Source: Candidatus Woesearchaeota archaeon
Lineage (GTDB): Archaea; Nanobdellota; Nanobdellia; SCGC-AAA011-G17; GW2011-AR18
Assembly (NCBI GenBank): GCA_018302545.1
Contig: JAGVZM010000003.1
Span: 40,058-104,057 of the forward strand
DNA length: 64,000 bases
Direction: 5' to 3'
Shown: positions 38,757-50,104 of the stretch, one piece after another
How positions within the stretch are numbered: the stretch's first letter is position 1
Layout of the letters: each line of letters begins with the position of its first letter
Notes under the pieces: model-generated
Told to the model about the DNA's origin: nothing
What the model saw: only the letters and a program-made list of their open reading frames with translations
Databases searched by the model: none
Position numbers and translations under genes: made by a program

Positions 38757-39512
38757 ATGGAAACAAAAATATTAGAAGAAATTGGTTTAACACCTGGAGA
38801 AATAAAAGTTTATTTAGCTTTAATCGGCTTAGGAGAAACAACAACAGGACCAATAGTTGATGAAGCTAGAGTCTCAATATCTAAAGTTTATTCAATATTA
38901 GAAAGATTATCTAAAAAAGGTTTAGTAAGCCATGTTGTAAAAAATAATGTAAAATATTTTAAAGCAGCAGATCCAAACAGATTATTAATTTACTTGCAAG
39001 AAAAAGAAGAACATCTAAAAAAACAAGAGCAAGAATTAAAAAAATTTATTCCAGAACTAGAATTAAAACAAAATTCTGCTGTAACTCAAGAAACAGCACA
39101 AGTATTTGATGAATTAAGAGGAATACAAACTGCAAGAGAAAGAACTTTAAAAATTATGAAAAAAGGAGACGAGATGTGGATTATCGGAATTGCAAGAACA
39201 CCCTATGATAAATTAACAGCTTACTTTAAAGATTATCACGAAAGAAGATTCAGAAAAGGAATAAAATGTAAATATCTTTATAATGAATATGCAAAAAATC
39301 CCTTTGGTCAAGAAGCTTCAAAATTTCCATTAAGTGAAGTTAAATATATGCCAGAAGAAATGATAACTCATGCTTGGATGGAAATATATGCCGATACAGT
39401 TACTATTGGTATAAATTTTAAAAAAACTTTTTCTATTGTAATACAAAATCAAGATGTAGCTGATTCATTTAGGAATTATGCTAAATTGCTTTGGAGTATT
39501 GCTAAAAAATAA
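38757..39512 (+). CDS. TrmB-family transcriptional regulator
   Basis: N-terminal LTPGEIKVYLALIGLGETTTGPIVDEARVSISKVYSILERLSKKGLV. Confidence 0.7.
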   Translation: METKILEEIGLTPGEIKVYLALIGLGETTTGPIVDEARVSISKVYSILERLSKKGLVSHVVKNNVKYFKAADPNRLLIYLQEKEEHLKKQEQELKKFIPELELKQNSAVTQETAQVFDELRGIQTARERTLKIMKKGDEMWIIGIARTPYDKLTAYFKDYHERRFRKGIKCKYLYNEYAKNPFGQEASKFPLSEVKYMPEEMITHAWMEIYADTVTIGINFKKTFSIVIQNQDVADSFRNYAKLLWSIAKK

Positions 39513-39539
39513 TTTAGCTAATCTTAAAAGCTTTTCTAA

Positions 39540-40232
39540 ATGATTTTATGGATGTTAATATTACATGAAGATTTATCTAAAGAAGCTGATATTGTTGCTG
39601 AAGCTTTAAGAGAAGTCTATAGATTAGATAGTCAAATAGAAGAAATAGATTTAACTACTTTATTTAGTCCAGTTCCAAATTTATCAAATGGTTATTTTGA
39701 TTCTGGAGGAAATCTATATAGAGAACTTAAAGATTTAGAAGCAAGTGTTTTAGTTTTAACTCCAAAAGATTTGTATATGAATACAGGTAATGTCTTTAAT
39801 CCAGAAGATGATTGGGTATTTGGATATCAACTAGAATTCTTTTATGTTGTATCAACTGCTCGTTTAAGAGACACTGATAGTAAACCCTCAACTGAAGTAA
39901 GAGTTAGTAAGGAATTATATCATAATAGAGTTAAAACTGTTGCCTTACATGAGATAGGACATAATGTTGTAAAAGCACATCATTTAAGAGATGCATTTTG
40001 GGTAAATGCTCAAAATGGCAGAAAGTTAAATTTAGGGGCTCATTGCACAGATTATTCATGTTTAATGTACGAATCTGTAGATATAATTGCACCAGATCCT
40101 AGTTTAGGTTATTTAGAAATCGGAGGAGAAAAAAGATATGATGCAGGCTTAGACCAATTATTACAAAGAATGTATCCAAATATGTTATGTAAACCATGTT
40201 TAAAAAGTGTAGATCTTAGTGAAATAAATTAA
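39540..40232 (+). CDS. amzA: Archaemetzincin-like zinc metalloprotease
   Basis: HEIGHNVVKAHH plus GAHC..YSC...CKPC cysteine cluster. Confidence 0.6.
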   Translation: MILWMLILHEDLSKEADIVAEALREVYRLDSQIEEIDLTTLFSPVPNLSNGYFDSGGNLYRELKDLEASVLVLTPKDLYMNTGNVFNPEDDWVFGYQLEFFYVVSTARLRDTDSKPSTEVRVSKELYHNRVKTVALHEIGHNVVKAHHLRDAFWVNAQNGRKLNLGAHCTDYSCLMYESVDIIAPDPSLGYLEIGGEKRYDAGLDQLLQRMYPNMLCKPCLKSVDLSEIN

Positions 40233-40233
40233 T

Positions 40234-40482
40234 TTAGATAGTATATTTATCTCTTAAATTTTGTAACTCAGAATAAAACTTATTTGTAGGATATCTTGCA
40301 ATTCTTCCTTCTTTTCCACTAATTTCAAGTCCAATATCATAAGACTCTTTAAGCAAATCCATATATCTATTTGCTAAAACAGGTGGTAAATTTGCTTCTC
40401 TTATAATTTTTAAAGTTTCATCTAAAACATTAGAAATTCTAACATCTAAAGAGTCTCTTATGTCTTTTAAAGCATTTGGCAT
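40234..40482 (-). CDS. Hypothetical protein
   Basis: ORF only. Confidence 0.4.
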   Translation of the reverse strand: MPNALKDIRDSLDVRISNVLDETLKIIREANLPPVLANRYMDLLKESYDIGLEISGKEGRIARYPTNKFYSELQNLRDKYTI

Positions 40483-40540
40483 AAAAAAAAGAATTTTTAA
40501 TATTTTAAGATCTTGTGTGGGTATCTAATACACCAAAATT

Positions 40541-41101
40541 TCAGAAACTAACTTTAACATTTTTTCTTTCTTCTTCTCTAGTCTCTAAGAAATTCTTTTT
40601 ATCAAAATTAAACACTTTAGAAATTAAATTACTTGGAAAACTCTCAACCTTCACATTCCAAGTTTGAACAGAATCATTAAAATGTTGCCTTGCATATGCG
40701 ATTTTACTTTCAGTTCCGCTTAATTCTTCCTGCAATTGCATAAAATTTTCACTTGCTTTTAAATTCGGATAATTTTCAGAAACAGCAAATATAGTTTTTA
40801 AAGCACCTTCTAATTGATTTTCAGCTTTCATCTTTCCATTTGCATCTTTAGCCTTCATAAAAGATGTTCTTGCTTCAGTAATTTCTTTTAAAGTAGACTT
40901 CTCATGTTTCATATAACCTTTAACAGTTTCCATTAGGTTTGGAATTAAATCAAATCTTCTCTTTAATTGAACATCAATTTGAGACCAAGCATTATCCATT
41001 CTATTTCTTAAATTAATAAATGAATTATAACTTAAAATAAACCAAAGTAATATAATCACTACAACAATAATCAATATCCATAAACCTATTCCTAATACCA
41101 T
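40541..41101 (-). CDS. LemA-family membrane protein
   Basis: N-terminal TM and NAWSQIDVQLKRRFDLIPNL. Confidence 0.8.
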   Translation of the reverse strand: MVLGIGLWILIIVVVIILLWFILSYNSFINLRNRMDNAWSQIDVQLKRRFDLIPNLMETVKGYMKHEKSTLKEITEARTSFMKAKDANGKMKAENQLEGALKTIFAVSENYPNLKASENFMQLQEELSGTESKIAYARQHFNDSVQTWNVKVESFPSNLISKVFNFDKKNFLETREEERKNVKVSF

Positions 41102-41195
41102 ACTTTCAATAAATATTATCTAATTTATAAACTTTATGAAAGTCTTTCAGAAATTTCTAAGAAAATTATATAAATTAATAATTTAAAATAATCAT

Positions 41196-41375
41196 ATGTT
41201 TGTATTGAAAAAAGCACATAGGTATTTTGTAGGAACTGCAGGAGTAATAGGGGCGATCTTGGGAATGACAATTATGGTGCCTTCTTTAATGCAAGACAAA
41301 ACAATAGCTGCAACACTTGCTGGTACATTAATGGTCATAGGTTTTATTCTTATGGCTATAGCTTTAGGAGACTAA
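41196..41375 (+). CDS. Small two-TM membrane protein (59 aa), not in the ORF track
   Basis: Manual translation MFVLKKAHRYFVGTAGVIGAILGMTIMV... Locally GC-rich. Stop abuts the next ORF. Confidence 0.35.
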   Translation: MFVLKKAHRYFVGTAGVIGAILGMTIMVPSLMQDKTIAATLAGTLMVIGFILMAIALGD

Positions 41376-41376
41376 A

Positions 41377-41637
41377 ATGGATTCTAAAATAATAGAAAAG
41401 AATTTATTAGATCTGGATTATAATATGTATTTACAATATTTCAACACTTGTTTAATAATTTTATCAACATATTTTATAGGACTTTTTACATTATTAATGA
41501 CAAAACAGACACAAGAGTATGATTTAATTATTATAATATCGCCCGTATTTGCAGTTTTAATGTTTGGATTATTAATACGCCTAAAAAATAAACTAAAGCA
41601 AACAAAAAATAAAATTAAAAATTTAAACACTAACTAA
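41377..41637 (+). CDS. Small membrane protein
   Basis: Two TM helices. Confidence 0.4.
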   Translation: MDSKIIEKNLLDLDYNMYLQYFNTCLIILSTYFIGLFTLLMTKQTQEYDLIIIISPVFAVLMFGLLIRLKNKLKQTKNKIKNLNTN

Positions 41638-41940
41638 AGAATATTCTTTGTGATTTGAATGATAAGAGAAAACTTCTCCATTAAATCCAGAATCAAAAAC
41701 ACCTCTCCAACCATGACTTAATCCTTCCGGAATAAAAACCCATGAAAATCTAGGCAATTCATAATCTCTACCATTAACAGTTAGAAATTTAACATTCTTT
41801 GCAAAATACATAGAATTTCCATGAGTATGTTCTTTTATAGCCTGGCCTTTATTCAATTCCATGACACAAACATCCGGCGTCTTACTTATATTTTCAATCA
41901 ATTCAAAATTACATTCTCTAATTACAATTCCATCTTTCAT
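41623..41940 (-). CDS. Cupin-domain protein
   Basis: HTHGNSMYF...G-x-x-H-G motifs. Confidence 0.45.
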   Translation of the reverse strand: MKDGIVIRECNFELIENISKTPDVCVMELNKGQAIKEHTHGNSMYFAKNVKFLTVNGRDYELPRFSWVFIPEGLSHGWRGVFDSGFNGEVFSYHSNHKEYSLVSV

Positions 41941-42006
41941 AAATATAAATTGATAAGCACATATTTTAAATTTCTGTTTATATAATATTAATAATTATAA
42001 TAATCT

Positions 42007-42660
42007 TTACTTCCCTTGCAATTCCAATTTCAATTCATCCAGAAACTTAAGTAAAACCCTTTCTCTTCTTTCTGCAATCTTTTTAGCCTTTTTTGTATGC
42101 ATTCTATCTTTAACTCTTAATAGTCTCGAATAAAAAACATCAACACTATATTTCAAATCTTCAGGTTCTCTATTTTCACAAAAAGGGTCGTCTGAATTAT
42201 AATAGGGCCTAAGCATTTGTCCAGAACTGGAAAACGTCCTCATTATTGAAATTACTCCTGTAGACTCTAATTTATCAGCATCTTGCAATATCTTCGCTTC
42301 TTTTAATTCTGGAATTATCCCTTTACTAAATGAGCATTGTTTTATTGCAGTATAAACTTTCCCAACCCTTTCCTTAGGATATTCTTTAATATTTTCCAAT
42401 ATTTCCTTAGCAAGTTCTGCACTTTCATCAGAAGCATCCTTAGATTTTGGATGGTTTTTAGGGTACACAATTATATCATGAAATAAAGCTGAAGGTATAA
42501 TAACGTCAAGATCCCCTCCCTCTTCATTACAAATTCGCTCCGCATTAGCCAATACTCTTAATGCATGTTCAAAATCATGAGAAATATCATCATTAACAAT
42601 TTTTTCTTTTGCGATTGAAATTAATCTATTCTTTAGTTTATCATTCATAAAATTAACCAA
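42007..42660 (-). CDS. HD-domain phosphohydrolase
   Basis: HDFEHALRV and ALFHDI. Confidence 0.7.
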   Translation of the reverse strand: MVNFMNDKLKNRLISIAKEKIVNDDISHDFEHALRVLANAERICNEEGGDLDVIIPSALFHDIIVYPKNHPKSKDASDESAELAKEILENIKEYPKERVGKVYTAIKQCSFSKGIIPELKEAKILQDADKLESTGVISIMRTFSSSGQMLRPYYNSDDPFCENREPEDLKYSVDVFYSRLLRVKDRMHTKKAKKIAERRERVLLKFLDELKLELQGK

Positions 42661-42706
42661 AAACTTATATATTTAAAAATTCCCATTTAATTAGAGAGGC
42701 GAATAT

Positions 42707-43639
42707 ATGAATTATCCCAAATTACAACTAATGCAGGCATTCACAACTAAGAATATTCCAGATTTAGATGTTTGTGTTTTAGCAGCTTTAGAATTATTTA
42801 TTAAAGAAGGTTTACCAAAGTTAAATTTAAAAAAATCAAAAAGACCTTTAGTAGTTGGCTCAGGAAATGCAGCAGCAACAGGAAGAATAATATTTGAAGA
42901 TCAAGATGCGGTTTTTGCAGATGAAGGAACATATGAAAATAAATTAAAAGTTATAAAATCAATAGACCAAGTTATAATAATCTCTGCATCAGGAAGTAAA
43001 CATGCAATTGAAATATCTAAAAAATTAAAAAGGTTAAATCCAGTTTTATTAACCTGTAATAAAAATGCTCCAGCAAAACAATATATAGATAATAAAAATT
43101 TCTACGTTTTCCCAAAAAATAGAGAACCTTACACTTACAATACATCAACATATTTAAGTATGATATTTGCCAAAACCCAAGAAGATCCAAAAGAGATTCT
43201 AAGTTTTTTAAAAACAAAAATTGATCCACTAATTCCTAAAAATTTAAAAAAATTCGATTCTTTCTATTTATTAATTCCAGTAGAATTTGACAACATGAGG
43301 GAAATGGCCTTGACCAAATTTGATGAGTTATTTGGCCCAATAATATCTGGAAGGGTTTTTACCCCAGAACAAACAAAACATGCTAAAACCGTAGTTTCAT
43401 CAAAAAAAGAATTTTTCATTAGTTTTGGTTATCCAAACAATAATTTTGGCTACGAGAATAATAGATTAAATATTCCTCTTCCTAAAAATGCGGATTATGC
43501 TTCTGTTATCTCAATAGTCTATTATATCATAGGTAAAATCCAAAAACAACACAAACCCTATTTCAAAAGAAGCATAGAAGAATATATGAAAAAAGCCTCT
43601 AATATCTTCAGTCTTGAATTAAAACCAATAGTAGAATAA
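42707..43639 (+). CDS. Hypothetical protein, possibly SIS-like fold
   Basis: VVGSGNAAATG...IIISASGSKHAIE. Confidence 0.35.
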   Translation: MNYPKLQLMQAFTTKNIPDLDVCVLAALELFIKEGLPKLNLKKSKRPLVVGSGNAAATGRIIFEDQDAVFADEGTYENKLKVIKSIDQVIIISASGSKHAIEISKKLKRLNPVLLTCNKNAPAKQYIDNKNFYVFPKNREPYTYNTSTYLSMIFAKTQEDPKEILSFLKTKIDPLIPKNLKKFDSFYLLIPVEFDNMREMALTKFDELFGPIISGRVFTPEQTKHAKTVVSSKKEFFISFGYPNNNFGYENNRLNIPLPKNADYASVISIVYYIIGKIQKQHKPYFKRSIEEYMKKASNIFSLELKPIVE

Positions 43640-43760
43640 AAAAGAATATATTATTCACTTGAAAATTTAATAGGTTTAGAAGTAAAGTAATTTTCTTTAA
43701 TAAGTTAAATAAAAATAAAACAAAAAAAAATATTTAATCTATTCAGATAATAAGAATATT

Positions 43761-43961
43761 TTACTCTTCCTTCTTACTTCTATAGCATTCTTTACAAAAT
43801 ACTTCTCTACCTTCAGTCGGTTTAAAAGGAACTTCACATTCCTGACCGCAAGCAGAGCATGTTGCTTTGTGCATTTCTCTAGGTCCGTCGAAACTTCTTC
43901 TATTGTCTCTTCTTGGACCACGGTGCTCTCTTTCCATTATTTGCTCCTCCAATTCTAACAT
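43761..43961 (-). CDS. Small arginine-rich zinc-ribbon protein (zf-trcl-like CxxC...CxxC)
   Basis: CSACGQECEVPFKPTEGREVFCKECY. Confidence 0.5.
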   Translation of the reverse strand: MLELEEQIMEREHRGPRRDNRRSFDGPREMHKATCSACGQECEVPFKPTEGREVFCKECYRSKKEE

Positions 43962-44086
43962 ACAAGAAAACTACAAGAATTTTCTATATGTAATGTAAAT
44001 ATAATATAAGCTCAAGATTTATAAAATTATCTTTAATGCAGAAAAACAGTAAAAAGCTTTAAATTGGGGTAAAAACCGCATATATC

Positions 44087-44836
44087 ATGGAAATTTCATT
44101 TTTTGAAGAATATCCAAATACTAAAAATCTAGAGAAATTAAAATTAATAAATTTTTCAACAAAATTATATTTAGCAGATTACTCCATAGAATCATATAAA
44201 GTTTATAAAAAACAATTGCAAAAAGAGCATAAAAATCTAAAAGAAGTTATTTGGTGGCCTATATTAAATTTCTCTGAAGGTTATTGGCTTTCACCATTTT
44301 CTAAGAGAAGAGCATTATTAAGATTATTTCATGTTTTATTAAAAGAAAGAATTCCAATAATGTGGGACGCAGAGGTTCCTAGAAAAAGATCCTTATTCTT
44401 AACACAATTTTTTAAACATTTTAAAAATAGGGCTCTAATAAGGAAATTCTTTTTAAAATATAAAGGACAGATCTATACAGCAGAGAATTTATTAGAAAAT
44501 TCTTTTCTAGAATATCTATGTTTAAATTTTAATCCAAAAAATTATGATAATATAAAAATAAAAATGATGTATTCTTCAATGCATCTATTACTAAATAAAG
44601 ATCCAGAATTTATGAAAAAAGAAATTAAAAAATTTAAAGACTTATTTGGTGATAAAATTTATATCGGATTGGGAGTTTTAGCAACTGGAGTTATAGGAAA
44701 TGAAAAAACAATGACTCCAGAACTTCTAGAAAGAGATCTAAAAATCTGTAAAGAATTAGATATTAAAGAAATTATTATTTTCAGATTAGGTGGATTAAAT
44801 AAAGAATATTTAAAGATTATAAAAAAATATATCTAA
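44087..44836 (+). CDS. Hypothetical protein
   Basis: ORF only. Confidence 0.4.
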   Translation: MEISFFEEYPNTKNLEKLKLINFSTKLYLADYSIESYKVYKKQLQKEHKNLKEVIWWPILNFSEGYWLSPFSKRRALLRLFHVLLKERIPIMWDAEVPRKRSLFLTQFFKHFKNRALIRKFFLKYKGQIYTAENLLENSFLEYLCLNFNPKNYDNIKIKMMYSSMHLLLNKDPEFMKKEIKKFKDLFGDKIYIGLGVLATGVIGNEKTMTPELLERDLKICKELDIKEIIIFRLGGLNKEYLKIIKKYI

Positions 44837-44895
44837 TTAAAAACCATAAAAACAGCAATAGTTAATATTTTAAAATTTTCTGAAATCTTAACTTT

Positions 44896-45189
44896 ATGAA
44901 ACAGGAATTATCTATAGAAGAAAGAGCCAGGATGGCAAGATCTATCTTAAAATTATTTGGATTTGTATCTGCTGCAGGTCTTGTAGGATTATTGTCCTCT
45001 CTTGGAGGATGTGATGACTCAGCCTGTTCAAGAATAAAAACAGGAATAACATACCAAGCTAATAGCTCTTATATCACCCACGATAGGGGGAAATATGTTA
45101 AAATTGATAGGCCAACAAATGTACCTGTATATTGTTTAGATGGAGAAAATGTTTCAGAAGAAATATACAGAAGAGTAATGGGTTTTTAG
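44896..45189 (+). CDS. Small hypothetical protein with N-terminal hydrophobic segment
   Basis: ORF only. Confidence 0.4.
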   Translation: MKQELSIEERARMARSILKLFGFVSAAGLVGLLSSLGGCDDSACSRIKTGITYQANSSYITHDRGKYVKIDRPTNVPVYCLDGENVSEEIYRRVMGF

Positions 45190-45195
45190 AGTATT

Positions 45196-46308
45196 TCATT
45201 TAAATTTAGCAAATTCTTTAATTTTATCAAGTAAACTTTTTTTCTCTTCAGTTTTTTGTAAATCTTTAAACAATTTTTTTTGTTGAGAACTTAATTTTTT
45301 AGGTGTAAAAACATTAACAATCACATACAAATCTCCTCTACCATATCCATCAACATAAGGTACTCCCTTTCCTTTAAGTCTAAAATTAGTCCCACTTTGT
45401 GTTCCAGAAGGGATCTTTATATTAACTTCATTATCTAAAGTAGGAACTTTTATTTCATCACCTAAAGCAGCTTGGCTAAAAGTAATTGGCACGTATAATT
45501 GCAGGTCATTACCTGTTCTTTCAAATATATCACTAGGCTTAACCTTTAAAATAACATATAAATCTCCAGAAATACCACCCCTCATTCCAGCTTCACCAGC
45601 TCTAGGAATTCTTAATCTAGAACCATTATCAACCCCTTTAGGAATTTTAACTTTAACTGTTTTAATTTTACTTAATCTTCCAGTACCATTACATGCTTTG
45701 CATTTATTTTTAATTTGTTTTCCTTCTCCCCCACAATCACTACAACTACTTACACTAGAAAAAACACCAAAAGGAGTTCTCCTATTCATTCTAACTTGGC
45801 CTGTTCCTTCACAACTTGGACAAACTTCTAATTTGCCATCTGAACTTCCTGTCCCATCACAATCCTCGCAAGTATCTAAGATATTTATTTCTATATCTTT
45901 AATAACACCAAATACTGCCTCTTCAAAATCTATCTCTAATTCATAAGCTAAATCTCTACCTCTGTTTTGCCTTCTCCTACTGCTTCCGCCTCCAAAAAAA
46001 GATTCAAAAGGATCTCCTCCGCCAAATATATCCCCAAAAATATCTCTGAAATCAAAATTCCTAAAAATATCTTCTTGGCTATATTTTTGATGGAATCCTG
46101 CATCACCAAATTGATCATATTTTGTTCTTTTCTGGTCATCACTTAGAACAGCATAAGCTTCAGATATATCCTTAAACTTATTAGCTGCCTCAGGATTATC
46201 AGGATTTCTATCAGGGTGATGTTCCATAGCTAGTTTCCTATAAGCTTTTTTAATTTCATCTTTACTAGCACCCTTCTCTACTCCTAAAGTTTTATAATAA
46301 TCACTCAT
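45196..46308 (-). CDS. dnaJ: Chaperone DnaJ
   Basis: J-domain with HPD. G/F region. Four CxxCxGxG repeats. Confidence 0.9.
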   Translation of the reverse strand: MSDYYKTLGVEKGASKDEIKKAYRKLAMEHHPDRNPDNPEAANKFKDISEAYAVLSDDQKRTKYDQFGDAGFHQKYSQEDIFRNFDFRDIFGDIFGGGDPFESFFGGGSSRRRQNRGRDLAYELEIDFEEAVFGVIKDIEINILDTCEDCDGTGSSDGKLEVCPSCEGTGQVRMNRRTPFGVFSSVSSCSDCGGEGKQIKNKCKACNGTGRLSKIKTVKVKIPKGVDNGSRLRIPRAGEAGMRGGISGDLYVILKVKPSDIFERTGNDLQLYVPITFSQAALGDEIKVPTLDNEVNIKIPSGTQSGTNFRLKGKGVPYVDGYGRGDLYVIVNVFTPKKLSSQQKKLFKDLQKTEEKKSLLDKIKEFAKFK

Positions 46309-46733
46309 CTAAACATCCCTATCAACATCGGTTTTGTATAATCATAAACAGTAAATCTAGATCCTATATTTAACCTTTCTTCTTGACATCTAACAAAATC
46401 ATAAAAAGTTCTAACCAAATCTCCTGCTCTTTGTAAATGTTCTAAATCAGGATTTTTTATATAATTACAAACAGATCTGCATAAAGCTCTTCTAATTCTA
46501 TTCCTTTTCTCTTGGCTTTCACCTAATTCTCTTAAATAATCAACTGCTTCTTCAACATAAGTGGCTAAATTTGTTATAGCTTTATTATCTATACCAAAAG
46601 CATCAAATTCTAAAACAAAAGATTTCCTGCCTAAAAATTTGCTTTCATTTGCATCTAAAAAAGAAATAAATCTATCAACAAGTTCTCTATCATCTGAAAA
46701 TTCAGCCTTTGCAAGAGCTTCTTTAAATTTCAT
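46305..46733 (-). CDS. Hypothetical protein inserted between dnaK and dnaJ
   Basis: ORF only. Overlaps dnaJ start. Confidence 0.45.
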   Translation of the reverse strand: MKFKEALAKAEFSDDRELVDRFISFLDANESKFLGRKSFVLEFDAFGIDNKAITNLATYVEEAVDYLRELGESQEKRNRIRRALCRSVCNYIKNPDLEHLQRAGDLVRTFYDFVRCQEERLNIGSRFTVYDYTKPMLIGMFR

Positions 46734-46759
46734 AATAAAAAATGAAAGGTTATAACCTC

Positions 46760-47125
46760 CTATCTCAATTTACTTTTAGCTTCTATCAATATCTGTTCAC
46801 ATTCATCATTAGGGTCACATAACTCTAGTTTTCCATCTAAACCATTATCAACTACCCTGCCTTCTCTAGCAAATCTAGAAGTATCAATTTTCCTTTTGAA
46901 TAAGATTACTAAGGAATCTTCTTTTCCAAAATTGCCTTTTGGCATTTCATCAGTAAAAATTACTTCTGTTTCATTACCAAATTTATAACTTCGTGAATAG
47001 ACCTCGCCCATTGTTATTTGATATGGTGAACCATTTTCATTCACATATTTAGCAATGTCCTTAATATAATAATTATTGGTACAACCAAAGACCCCAATTA
47101 ACGCTAAAGCGAGTAGTCTATTCAT
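46760..47125 (-). CDS. Small lipoprotein-like protein
   Basis: Signal sequence with Cys. Confidence 0.4.
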   Translation of the reverse strand: MNRLLALALIGVFGCTNNYYIKDIAKYVNENGSPYQITMGEVYSRSYKFGNETEVIFTDEMPKGNFGKEDSLVILFKRKIDTSRFAREGRVVDNGLDGKLELCDPNDECEQILIEAKSKLR

Positions 47126-48993
47126 TACTTATCTTCCTCATCATCTACAATTTCAGCATCAACAACTTTTTCTTTTCCACCATTCTTCTTGTCTTTTTTA
47201 ATTTCTCCATCTTTGGCTTCTTTTTCTTGCTTCATGGCATCTTGATACATTTTTGTAGACATTTCATGTATCTTAGTATTAATTTCATCTATCTTTTTCT
47301 TCAATTTATCTATTTCTTTATTTTTAATTAAGTCTCTAATTTCATTCTTCTCTTTCTCGATCTCAGAAATTTTATCTTTGTCTAATTTATCTCCAAAATC
47401 TTTTACACTTTTATCAATTGTATAAACTAAACTCTCAGCTTGGTTTATTACTTCAATTTCTTCTTTCTTCTTTTTATCTTGATCTGCATATTTTTCAGCT
47501 TCTTTTCTCATTCTATCAATTTCTTCTTTATCTAATTTAGTAGATCCAGAGATCCTAATATTTTGTTCTTTTCCAGTGGCTTTATCTTTAGCACCTACAT
47601 GTAAAATTCCATTTGCATCTATATCAAAAGTAACTTCAATTTGGGGAATTCCTCTAGGAGCAGGTGGAATGCCCATTAAATCAAATTTACCTAAGCTTTT
47701 ATTATCTGCAGCCATCTCTCTTTCACCTTGTAAAACATGAATAGTTACAGCTGTTTGATTGTCATCTGCAGTGCTAAATATCTGGCTTTTTTTAGTAGGC
47801 ACAGTAGTATTCCTATCTATTAATGAAGTTCTAACTCCTCCCAGAGTTTCAATACCAAGAGTTAAAGGAGTCACATCTAGTAATAATATATCTTTAACTT
47901 CGCCCCCTAAAACCCCAGCTTGAACCGAAGCCCCCATAGAAACACATTCCATAGGATCTACTCCTCTCTCAGCTTTAGCATTTAATAAATCCTCAACAAA
48001 CTTTTTAACCATTGGAATTCTTGTTGGACCACCAACTAAGATTACTTTATCAACTTCGCCAACTTTTAGACCTGCATCTTTCAAAGCTTGTAAGACTGGT
48101 TTCTTACATCTTTGGACTATTGAGTCTATTAATTCTTCTAATTTAGATCTTGTTAATCTTAATTGTAAATTATTTTGCTCATGTATAAAAGGCAGATTAA
48201 TATCTGTTTCCATCACAGTACTCAATTCTATCTTTGCTCTTTCACTTGCTTCTCTAATTCTTTGTAATGCAACTTGATCATCATTTAGATCAATTCCCGT
48301 CTCTTTCTTAAATTGGTCAATAACAAAATTCATAAGAGTAACATCCATATCTGTTCCACCAAGTTGAGTATCCCCAGATGTAGACTTAACTTCAAAAACG
48401 CCTCCTCCAAAATCCATAACAGTAACATCTAAAGTACCACCACCAAGATCAAAAACTAAAATTTTAGCCTCTTGATCTTGCTTGTCTAAACCATAAGCTA
48501 AAGAAGCAGCTGTAGGCTCATTAACAATCCTTACAACTTCTAAACCAGCTATCTCACCAGCATCTTTAGTTGCTTGTCTTTGATCATCATTAAAATAAGC
48601 TGGAACAGTAATAACAGCCTTCTCAACTTTTTCTCCTAAAAATTCTTCAGCATCTTTCTTTATTTTTTGCAGAATAAAAGCACTTATTTGTTGAGGTGTA
48701 AACTCTTTACCATGAACCTTATATTTAAAATTAGTACCTATCTTTCTTTTTGCAGCTATAATTGTGCCTTGAGGATTAGAAACAGCTTGTCTTCTAGCTG
48801 GTTCACCTACCAACATATTCCCATCTTTAGTAAAAGCAACCACACTTGGAAATGCTTTTCCATATAAACTAGTTCCTTCAGCACTAGGAATCATAACTGG
48901 TCTTCCTGCTTGCAAAACACTCGCAGCAGAATTTGATGTACCTAAATCTATACCTATAATTTTACTCATTTTTTTTACCTCCGTAAATATCAT
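47125..48993 (-). CDS. dnaK: Chaperone DnaK (Hsp70). The true start is probably the internal [11 protein letters not shown] at 48969.
   Basis: [16 protein letters not shown], canonical Hsp70 along the full length. Confidence 0.95.
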   Translation of the reverse strand: MIFTEVKKMSKIIGIDLGTSNSAASVLQAGRPVMIPSAEGTSLYGKAFPSVVAFTKDGNMLVGEPARRQAVSNPQGTIIAAKRKIGTNFKYKVHGKEFTPQQISAFILQKIKKDAEEFLGEKVEKAVITVPAYFNDDQRQATKDAGEIAGLEVVRIVNEPTAASLAYGLDKQDQEAKILVFDLGGGTLDVTVMDFGGGVFEVKSTSGDTQLGGTDMDVTLMNFVIDQFKKETGIDLNDDQVALQRIREASERAKIELSTVMETDINLPFIHEQNNLQLRLTRSKLEELIDSIVQRCKKPVLQALKDAGLKVGEVDKVILVGGPTRIPMVKKFVEDLLNAKAERGVDPMECVSMGASVQAGVLGGEVKDILLLDVTPLTLGIETLGGVRTSLIDRNTTVPTKKSQIFSTADDNQTAVTIHVLQGEREMAADNKSLGKFDLMGIPPAPRGIPQIEVTFDIDANGILHVGAKDKATGKEQNIRISGSTKLDKEEIDRMRKEAEKYADQDKKKKEEIEVINQAESLVYTIDKSVKDFGDKLDKDKISEIEKEKNEIRDLIKNKEIDKLKKKIDEINTKIHEMSTKMYQDAMKQEKEAKDGEIKKDKKNGGKEKVVDAEIVDDEEDK

Positions 48994-49159
48994 TTAATTT
49001 ATTTGCTAATCTCTTCTTTTTTGCAGCAAATTCTCTTCTATTCTTTAATGCAGCACATTTATGTTTAATATAATCTTGTTCAAAATAAAAAAATCTTCTA
49101 CATAAAGGACATTGAAAGGGTGTCCCCAAATTTGTTGATTCAACAATTGTTACGCTCAT
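48962..49159 (-). CDS. Small C2HC zinc-finger protein
   Basis: [19 protein letters not shown]. Confidence 0.35.
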   Translation of the reverse strand: MSVTIVESTNLGTPFQCPLCRRFFYFEQDYIKHKCAALKNRREFAAKKKRLANKLNDIYGGKKNE

Positions 49160-49303
49160 TTTTTATATAAATTACCCCCTCTTGAATAATTGAACATAGG
49201 TTGAAATACCGTTTTATAACTAATATTACTAGGACTATACATATTTGATTTACTTATACAATATTTTGTCCCGCTTCCTTCATTTCCATGAGCATTGCAC
49301 ATT

Positions 49304-49549
49304 TTATTCAAAATCCTCCCCTAAATATCTTTTTCTCAAGACACTTCCTACTTGATCTATTGTTAAATCAGGTCTTTGATTTCTTAAACCATCACCAATT
49401 TCTACAATTTCTGAAACAGTAGAGTCATAATTTAATTCGTCTATCCTTCCCATGATTATCATTTCCCTAACTATTGGAATAGCTATATAAGCCGCAGTGT
49501 AAACATCAGTTAATCCTTTAATTCCATATCTATTCATTTTTTCCTCCAA
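49304..49549 (-). CDS. Hypothetical protein between grpE and dnaK
   Basis: ORF only. Confidence 0.4.
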   Translation of the reverse strand: MEEKMNRYGIKGLTDVYTAAYIAIPIVREMIIMGRIDELNYDSTVSEIVEIGDGLRNQRPDLTIDQVGSVLRKRYLGEDFE

Positions 49550-50036
49550 CTTTACTTATTCTAACTTTACTAGGCCTCAAAACTTTATTTTTTAGTATAT
49601 ATCCTCTTTGAATTTCATGAACCACAACATCCTCTTCTTCACCATTTATCATATCTATCACTTCATGTTTATATGGGTCAAATTTTTGACCATGAGACTG
49701 AATAATTTCTAATCCTTCTTCTTTTAAGGTCTTATGAAATTGATCCTCAATCATTTTAACACCTTTTAAAGTCTCTTCATCCTTTATTACTTCTATAGCT
49801 TTCTGAAAGCTATCAGCAACAGTCAATAATTTAGTAATTAATTTATGATTTGAAAAATTGACAAATTCTTGTTTCTCTTTTTCAGTTCTCTTCATATAAT
49901 TTTCAAATTCAGCCTGGAGTCTTCTCAAAGTATCCAAATATTCAACAAGTTGTTTTTCTTGTTCTTCAAGCCTTTTTTTAAGCTCTTGCTCTTGCGTTGA
50001 TTTTTCTTCAACTTTTTTATTCATATTAAACTCCAC
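49530..50036 (-). CDS. grpE: Nucleotide exchange factor GrpE
   Basis: Coiled-coil N-terminus and GrpE C-terminal beta-domain (RPSKVRISK). Confidence 0.85.
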   Translation of the reverse strand: MEFNMNKKVEEKSTQEQELKKRLEEQEKQLVEYLDTLRRLQAEFENYMKRTEKEKQEFVNFSNHKLITKLLTVADSFQKAIEVIKDEETLKGVKMIEDQFHKTLKEEGLEIIQSHGQKFDPYKHEVIDMINGEEEDVVVHEIQRGYILKNKVLRPSKVRISKVGGKNE

Positions 50037-50038
50037 TG

Positions 50039-50055
50039 TTGATCTAAGATCAACT
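50039..50055. promoter_or_regulatory. Perfect 17-bp palindrome GTTGATCTAAGATCAAC between grpE and the divergent wHTH regulator. Candidate heat-shock operator.
   Basis: Read directly. Located 3 bp upstream of the grpE start. Confidence 0.5.
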
Positions 50056-50104
50056 AAATAGATGTAAGACCAACAAATATTTAAACCTTTCTATCTTAGT
50101 AAAA